Source: an uncultured Clostridium sp.
Lineage (GTDB): Bacteria > Bacillota > Clostridia > TANB77 > CAG-508
DNA length: 64,000 bases
Direction: 5' to 3'
Assembly (NCBI GenBank): GCA_946495655.1
Contig: CAMMDS010000006.1
Location: 1,858-65,857 of the forward strand
The position numbers were made by a program, and so were the translations under genes. Below are positions 58,310 through 64,000 of this stretch, in pieces (position 1 is the first letter of the stretch; each line of letters begins with the position of its first letter). The notes beneath the pieces are model-generated. The model made no database searches. It saw only the letters and a program-made list of their open reading frames with translations, and was not told the origin of the DNA.

Positions 58310-59452
58310 TTAATCACCTAAATTGATTCCTATAGCTCTTGCTGTTTTTACAAGTTCGTCATCCATAGTTACTTTTCTTAAATTACTTTCTTTAGTATTT
58401 CCTGAGACTGCTCCAATCTTAGTATTATTTCCTACAACATCTTCAAGAGAAACACTATCTAATTTTCCATTTTTTATAACTGTTAGCACATTGAATTTCC
58501 CTTCTAGTGCAAGTTCCATAGCTTTTGTTCCATACTTCGTTGAAAGTACTCTATCAAAAGCTGTTGGTGTTCCTCCTCTTTGCATATATCCTAAAACTGT
58601 ACATCTAGCTTCTAATCCCGTTAATTCCTCTAGTTGTTTTGCTACTTGTTCTCCAATTCCTCCAAGCTTTGTATTGTCTACTCCAGCCCCATTATTTCTT
58701 ATATTTTTAATTTCCATTTTTCCACCTTTTGGCTTTGCTCCTTCTGCAACCACAACTATGCTAAAAGATTTTCCTCTGTTTTTTCTATTTAGTATTTTTC
58801 TTGCTGCACTATTAATATCATAAGGTATCTCTGGAATTAATGCCACATCTGCACCACCTGCAATTGCTGATTCCAAAGCAATCCATCCTGCATACCTTCC
58901 CATTACTTCTAGTACCATAATTCTATGATGTGTCTCACCTGTTGAATGAAGTCTATCAATTGCTTCTGTTGCAACAGATACAGCTGTATTGTATCCAAAT
59001 GTAATTTCTGTACATGCTACATCATTATCTATTGTTTTTGGAACGCCAATTACATTTATACCTTTTAATGATAAATCTCTAGCAGATTTTTGAGTTCCAT
59101 CTCCACCCAATGTAAATAAGCAATCTATTTCATCTTTCATTATATTCTCTACGCATATATCAGACAAATCCTTATATACAGTTTGTCCATTTTCCTCTAC
59201 TGGATAATTAAATACATTTGCATTTGTAGAAGAACCAATTATTGAACCACCTTTAGGTAATATACCTACTGCATTACCTGTAGAACTCGTTCCTAATCTT
59301 ATAATATTATTATTTAATAATCCTCTATAACCATCAATATAACCATAACATTCTATATTTTTATTTTCAGCAGTTTTAATTATTGCTCTTATAACTGCAT
59401 TAAATCCTGACACGTCTCCACCATTAGCCAAAATAGCTACTTTTTTTATCAT
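58310..59452 (-). CDS. pfkA: 6-phosphofructokinase (PfkA family, long form)
   Basis: ANGGDVSGFNAVIR, LGGDGT, PKTIDNDV, MGRYAGW. Confidence 0.85.
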   Translation of the reverse strand: MIKKVAILANGGDVSGFNAVIRAIIKTAENKNIECYGYIDGYRGLLNNNIIRLGTSSTGNAVGILPKGGSIIGSSTNANVFNYPVEENGQTVYKDLSDICVENIMKDEIDCLFTLGGDGTQKSARDLSLKGINVIGVPKTIDNDVACTEITFGYNTAVSVATEAIDRLHSTGETHHRIMVLEVMGRYAGWIALESAIAGGADVALIPEIPYDINSAARKILNRKNRGKSFSIVVVAEGAKPKGGKMEIKNIRNNGAGVDNTKLGGIGEQVAKQLEELTGLEARCTVLGYMQRGGTPTAFDRVLSTKYGTKAMELALEGKFNVLTVIKNGKLDSVSLEDVVGNNTKIGAVSGNTKESNLRKVTMDDELVKTARAIGINLGD

Positions 59453-59492
59453 AATAATCTTTCCTTTCTTAAGACAAAATTTTACATATATT

Positions 59493-59520
59493 ATTATACC
59501 AATAAATAAAAAAATTACAA
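59493..59520 (-). promoter_or_regulatory. SigA-type promoter (extended -10) for pfk
   Basis: On the minus strand: ttgtaa, a 16-nt spacer ending in tgg, then tataat. Confidence 0.45.
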
Positions 59521-59590
59521 CTAAAAAATTGCAATTTTATCAATTTACTATTTATTGTGTGTTATAATTATCTGATTGTAGATTATATAC

Positions 59591-59692
59591 TAGCTGAGAG
59601 TAATATTTTATAAAAATTTCTTTTAGAAGTTGTATGAAAATCAGCTTGACCGACATGTTCGATATACTTTTATAAAATATTACTCTCAGCTA
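59591..59692. repeat. Perfect 25-bp inverted repeat with a 52-nt loop between spoIIIAH and pfk
   Basis: tagctgagagtaatattttataaaa (59591-59615) is the exact reverse complement of 59668-59692. Confidence 0.95.
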
Positions 59693-59729
59693 AAATTAAT
59701 GAATTTTCTTCCTGCTATGAATTGTAACT

Positions 59730-60425
59730 TTATTCTTTATTCATTATATGTATATTAGATATATCCGCTTTAAGCTCTCTAGTAATAATGTTCTGTATTT
59801 GTGCAATCTCTTCTTTTTCCAAATCATCACCTTTTACTATAACATTTACACTATCTTCATTAATAAATATAACTAAATCCTCTATTCCTTTAGTCTTAAT
59901 TAAATTTTCTGCTATCATAATAGCATTTTGCTCATTGTTTAATTTTGTTATTTCCTCTTGTGCTGTTTTCTTTTGAGCCTCACTTACATTTGTATTATTC
60001 AAAATATCCTGATAATTTTCTATCCTCTGCGAATACATTGTATTTCTTTCCAAACGAGAACTTGTAAAATATTCATCCACACTAATTGTACTGGTTTCTG
60101 CAGAGTTTAATATTGTATTAGCGTCAATTTCACCATTCTCATTACTAATTATAGTATTTGTCGTATCTGCCTCTATATTATTACTAATAGTATTTTCAGA
60201 ATTAGATTCTTTCACACTATTTGTTTCTATAATATTTCCTTCTATTGCATTTGCACTAACAAGTTTTGCATCACCTATACTTGCCATTTCTTCTGAGTCA
60301 ATCACTGCTCCAGTTTCTAGGATATTATTATTAGAATTGTTCGAATAACTAAAATATCCAGCTGTTATAATCATAATACCAATTACAAAAACCACTATTT
60401 GATTTTTCTTTATTATATTTTTCAT
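59730..60425 (-). CDS. spoIIIAH: Stage III sporulation protein AH
   Basis: N-terminal TM helix, and a C-terminal YscJ/FliF-like domain (LVIFINEDSVNVIVKGDDL...). Last gene of the spoIIIA cluster. Confidence 0.8.
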   Translation of the reverse strand: MKNIIKKNQIVVFVIGIMIITAGYFSYSNNSNNNILETGAVIDSEEMASIGDAKLVSANAIEGNIIETNSVKESNSENTISNNIEADTTNTIISNENGEIDANTILNSAETSTISVDEYFTSSRLERNTMYSQRIENYQDILNNTNVSEAQKKTAQEEITKLNNEQNAIMIAENLIKTKGIEDLVIFINEDSVNVIVKGDDLEKEEIAQIQNIITRELKADISNIHIMNKE

Positions 60426-60470
60426 AAACTTTCCTCCATTTTTCTTTATTAACCATATATCATATTCACA

Positions 60471-61097
60471 CTAGTTTGCCATTTGAAAAACTTGAATTTT
60501 ATGTGTTGCAAGCCCTGTAACAGCACCTACCGCTTGAATTATATTAGTCTTAACTGTAGGATCATTTGCACCTTCAGCAGTTATAATGGCACCTTCAATC
60601 GTAGGACTTATCACACTTTGAGTTACTAACTTTTTTCCACTATCATCTTCTTCATATATAACTTCTTTTCTAACATCCGTTTGAGTAACTGTTCTTGTCC
60701 CTCCTTCACTATCTGTTTCCTCTGTATTTTCTTCTGTACTCTCTTCATTATATATAGGCATAGTTTTACTTGTTTCAGCATATGTAATCATCACTTTCAC
60801 TTTTCCAACTCCATTGATATTAGATAAAATTTCTTCTAAATCTACAATCATATCATCTTTAGTAGAACTATCAGTCTCATCACTATTTACAATCAAATTT
60901 GTTTGAGCTAATCTTTTATTTGCATCTGTTGTTTGTTTGTCATTGTCTTCACTTTTATTATCACTATTCCAAATAACATTTATAACTATTAATGTTATTA
61001 TTAATATAACTATAAATACTACAATATTCTCTAATCTTTTTTTACTAGGTTCCCCTTCTTTTTTTGAAAAAAAGTTTTTCATTTTATCTTTTAACAT
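60471..61097 (-). CDS. spoIIIAG: Stage III sporulation protein AG
   Basis: TM helix, VKVMITYAETS..., and ISPTIEGAIITAEGANDPTVKTNIIQAVGAVTGLATHKIQVFQM. Confidence 0.85.
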   Translation of the reverse strand: MLKDKMKNFFSKKEGEPSKKRLENIVVFIVILIITLIVINVIWNSDNKSEDNDKQTTDANKRLAQTNLIVNSDETDSSTKDDMIVDLEEILSNINGVGKVKVMITYAETSKTMPIYNEESTEENTEETDSEGGTRTVTQTDVRKEVIYEEDDSGKKLVTQSVISPTIEGAIITAEGANDPTVKTNIIQAVGAVTGLATHKIQVFQMAN

Positions 61098-61153
61098 AAC
61101 TTCTCTCCTTATAATATAATTAGATTTTTAAGATTGCTACCTATAAACTTTTA

Positions 61154-61828
61154 TTAATTTATAGTTATATCATCTTCACTAACTTCATATACACTACTAA
61201 GATATTCTTTTAAATCTTTTTTCTCTGAATAAGATAATTTATTTTTCTTACTATCGTCATTTTCATTATCTTCTTTTATAGTATTAGAAGATTCATTATT
61301 AATATTTATATCTACTTTTTCTATTGATTCAATTGGTTCAACTATATTTCCTATATTATTTTCTTTACTATTATTCTCTGTTTCTTCATTAGTATTTTTA
61401 GAATCCTCGTTTTTTTCCACCTCTAAAGATATATATTGTATTATATAAGATTCATCATCAGCCACACCAATATCTATACTATTTACAATATAGCCTTTTG
61501 CTTTTATTTTGGCTTTCATATCATCTTTTATTCCAGATGCATACATATTCATGATACTACTTTGATTATTATTTTGGATTGTATTTTGTACTTTAACAGA
61601 TTCTTCTGCTTCTTCTATATATTTATCTAATTCTAATATGTCTGATACTTCAATATTTTTTCCTGTAAATTTTGTAATTATTGGAGATACAATGGTAAAA
61701 AGCACATACACTCCTATAACTACTTTGATATATTTTTTGCTATTTCCTTCTGGAAGAATCATTTCTATAATTGTTCCAATAATTACTGCAACAATTATTC
61801 CTCCCGCCCAATCACTAATCCAATCCAT
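61154..61828 (-). CDS. spoIIIAF: Stage III sporulation protein AF
   Basis: MDWISDWAGGIIVAVIIGTIIEMILPEGNSKKYIKVVIGV is the characteristic N-terminus. Confidence 0.85.
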   Translation of the reverse strand: MDWISDWAGGIIVAVIIGTIIEMILPEGNSKKYIKVVIGVYVLFTIVSPIITKFTGKNIEVSDILELDKYIEEAEESVKVQNTIQNNNQSSIMNMYASGIKDDMKAKIKAKGYIVNSIDIGVADDESYIIQYISLEVEKNEDSKNTNEETENNSKENNIGNIVEPIESIEKVDININNESSNTIKEDNENDDSKKNKLSYSEKKDLKEYLSSVYEVSEDDITIN

Positions 61829-61883
61829 ATCTAATTCCTCCTATTAAGAACATAAATAAAGGATATCCAAGAATCCTCTCTTC

Positions 61884-63048
61884 TCATCGGTACATCATCC
61901 CGCTATTAGATATCTTTATAACCAAGGTTGTACCAATAATAAACATTACGGATATACTACACATTATTGCTAGTAATACTTTAAAAGTGTCCCCCATTTG
62001 TTCTAATAGAGAAATAATCTTTCCATCTGCTATTGGCTGGCATAATGCTGCTCCCAGATAATATATTGCCATCAGGACTACTAGCTTAACTATTGGCAAA
62101 ATTGCTATTCCTATTAGAATAATTATTCCAACAATTCCAGTTGCATTTTTTAATATAGAACTGCAACCTATTACAGTATCTACCGCATCTCCTAATATCT
62201 TTCCTACTACAGGAATAAAACTAGATACTGCTGCTTTTGCAGTTTTAGCAGTAATCCCATCTACACTACTACTTAAAGTTCCTTCTACTGATACAATACC
62301 TACAAATAAAGTAAGGGTTACTCCTAGAATCCATACCACACTACTTTTAAAAAATTTAGATAATTTATCTATTTGTACTTTATCTGAAATTTTAGATACT
62401 ATTCCTAGTGCCGTAGATATTAATACTATCGGTATTACAATACCTGTGATAAAGTTTCCTATAAAAGTGATTACAAATAATATTATTGGTTGTAATAGAT
62501 TGGCTGAAACGATACTACCTGTAGTAATCATAAGTGTTATCATTATTGGAATTAGAGAATTCATAAAACCTACTAAACTTTGTATTGATTCTTTTACAAT
62601 ATCTAAAATTTGTACAAAATTAGTCATTATCAATGTTACTATAAGTATATATTGTACATAATATGTAATTTGAGCTATGCCTTTGTTTTCTAATCCTTCA
62701 CTTATATTTTTTAAAATACTATGTATTACAACTATAACTAAAATGCTTACAAGTACTGTTATCGCATCTATTGCTTCCCCACCGTATGGCTTTTAATATA
62801 CTTTTTATAATAGTCTCATTGTCTACATTACCAGTTATTGCAGAAGAAAACAGTTCTCCCATGTCTATGTCTTCATAAATATCTTCTGTATACTTGTCCG
62901 CTTCTTCTATAAATGAATCAATATCCAATGAATCTTGTTGAGATTCTAAAATATCTTCTGTGCTAATACTTTCTTCAGTAGCATATGTAATGTTTGGAAT
63001 AAAGATTATTAAAATTAAAATTGCAATTAATACAAAAACTTTTTTCAT
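61884..63048 (-). pseudogene. spoIIIAE: Stage III sporulation protein AE, interrupted by a 1-nt insertion
   Basis: The track ORFs 62719-63048 and 61884-62633 join through an unlisted frame as ...IIKSILKAI|GGEAIDAITVLVSILVIVVIHSILKNISEGLENKGIAQITYYVQYILIVTLIMTNFVQ.... The junction is gcc ata [c] ggt ggg at about 62784. The span is 1165 nt (3n+1). Confidence 0.8.
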
Positions 63049-63100
63049 TTATTAACCTTTCTTATTATTTTTAACCTGAAGAAGATTTATTTTTATTTTC

Positions 63101-63493
63101 CTATGGTAATATTTCCACAATCGTTTCTAATAGACTTGAAATTATAGGGATTGACATGGATACTATAATTACTTTTCCTCCCATATCTACTTTGCTCGCA
63201 ATTGCTGATTCACCAGTATCTTTGCAAATACTTACTGCAAATTCTGTTAAAAAAGCAATTCCTGTTATTTTTATCAATAGAGTCAAAAATTCGTTATTTA
63301 TTGCTGTCTTATTGGATAGAGAAGTAAGTAAATCTATTATGCCTCCTATTTTGTCCATAATAAACAAAAGAATTAATGCACCTGCAAGCAATGAAACATA
63401 TAGAGTAAATTCCGGTTTATATTGCCTTACTATAATTATAATTATAAGTGAAATTAGTCCTATGCCTATTATTTTAACAACATCCATAAGCAT
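63101..63493 (-). CDS. spoIIIAD: Stage III sporulation protein AD
   Basis: VVKIIGIGLISLIIIIIVRQYKPEF...ITGIAFLTEFAVSICKDTGESAIASKVDMGGKVII. Confidence 0.88.
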   Translation of the reverse strand: MLMDVVKIIGIGLISLIIIIIVRQYKPEFTLYVSLLAGALILLFIMDKIGGIIDLLTSLSNKTAINNEFLTLLIKITGIAFLTEFAVSICKDTGESAIASKVDMGGKVIIVSMSIPIISSLLETIVEILP

Positions 63494-63508
63494 TTAATTT
63501 CCTTTCAA

Positions 63509-63539
63509 TGAGAAATTAGGGACAGACCCCAATTTCTCA
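63509..63539. repeat. 31-nt palindromic hairpin (copy 2 of 2), inside the spoIIIA operon between AC and AD
   Basis: tgagaaattagggacagaccccaatttctca is identical to 24283-24313 except for one base (a in place of g). Confidence 0.8.
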
Positions 63540-63546
63540 AAATTTA

Positions 63547-63741
63547 TCATAATCCAAACATTGTCCTAACTGAATCAAATAATGTGCTAATTTCTTTTAT
63601 AACTAATGTAAGTACAATAACTAATCCAGCAAGTGTTGTCATCATTGCTTGATCTTCTCTACCAGCTCTTACTAATACCTGATGCAATACTGCTACCAAT
63701 ATTCCTATTGCAGCTATTTTAAACAATAAATCAATTTGCAT
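63547..63741 (-). CDS. spoIIIAC: Stage III sporulation protein AC
   Basis: 64-aa two-TM protein with LFKIAAIGILVAVLHQVL, in the expected position. Confidence 0.85.
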   Translation of the reverse strand: MQIDLLFKIAAIGILVAVLHQVLVRAGREDQAMMTTLAGLVIVLTLVIKEISTLFDSVRTMFGL

Positions 63742-63807
63742 TTTTTATCCTCACTTTTCTTTTGGATTTTAATATAATGTTTCATTAAAAAATATTTCAT
63801 TGATTGT

Positions 63808-64000
63808 CTAAACAAGTATAATGACTATTGCAAGTCCTACAACTCCTCCTAATGTTTTGTATAATTTTTCATTTTTTTGTTTTTCTTTTTCTGCTAACTC
63901 TATTTGTGTATTTAAAAAATTCTGTACTAATTTAATTTCACTGACTTGTCCTTCTAAATCTGTTTTTCCAAGCATTCTTCCTAAATTTTTTATAATACTT
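63808..64000 (-). CDS. spoIIIAB: Stage III sporulation protein AB, C-terminal part (partial at window edge)
   Basis: The minus strand reads ...IIKNLGRMLGKTDLEGQVSEIKLVQNFLNTQIELAEKEKQKNEKLYKTLGGVVGLAIVIILV* (stop 63808-63810), directly upstream of spoIIIAC. Confidence 0.7.
   Translation of the reverse strand, partial: SIIKNLGRMLGKTDLEGQVSEIKLVQNFLNTQIELAEKEKQKNEKLYKTLGGVVGLAIVIILV

Overview
Very AT-rich chromosomal window (GC not computed, by eye well under 30%) from an endospore-forming Clostridia-class Firmicute. Marker genes are yabP-yabQ-divIC, a dpaB remnant, gerQ-cwlJ, ytaF and spoIIIAB-AH. Layout:
(1) 1-3030 is the right-hand end of an integrative element (sigma-like regulator tail, small ORFs, excisionase, tyrosine integrase, a 21-bp tandem repeat). 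It ends at a 19-codon fragment of the secA C-terminal zinc motif, which is probably attR.
(2) 3207-6785 is a lone 1192-aa NB-ARC/STAND P-loop NTPase with a TPR-like tail, wedged between the secA remnant and prfB.
(3) 6.9-13.2 kb is housekeeping: prfB with its programmed +1 site, aspartokinase, an ATP-grasp protein, yabP/yabQ/divIC and rho.
(4) 13.3-16.7 kb is a small accessory patch: an XRE regulator, about 1 kb of non-coding AT-rich DNA, a 5'-damaged RhuM-Fic gene and a XerC/D-like recombinase.
(5) Gene orientation switches from + to - at about 18.1 kb.
(6) 18-36 kb is mostly minus-strand core genes (PBP, acyltransferase, ackA, pta, tRNA-Leu, rluD-like, P-type ATPase, smpB, fba). It also holds a compositionally atypical beta-CASP nuclease gene, DUF1540, a peroxiredoxin, a relic with a serine-recombinase 5' fragment, and a GreA paralogue.
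(7) 36.4-46.5 kb is a tightly coupled ten-gene operon with its own promoter and terminator: PfkB kinase, class II RNR-like, SAMHD1-like HD, Ham1, methyltransferase, DHH, cytidine deaminase, PLP decarboxylase-fold, P-loop (d)N(MP) kinase and a 695-aa U32 protein. This is my best candidate for an undescribed system (modified pyrimidine nucleotide pathway, or a salvage/pool-sanitation module).
(8) 46.5-59.5 kb holds more phosphohydrolases plus metG, glmM, argS and pfk.
(9) 59.7-64.0 kb is the spoIIIA operon.
A cross-cutting oddity: four conserved genes (dpaB, cwlJ, a His-phosphatase, spoIIIAE) each carry exactly one extra nucleotide placed immediately 5' of a Gly GGN codon. No rRNA, CRISPR array or intact transposase was seen.
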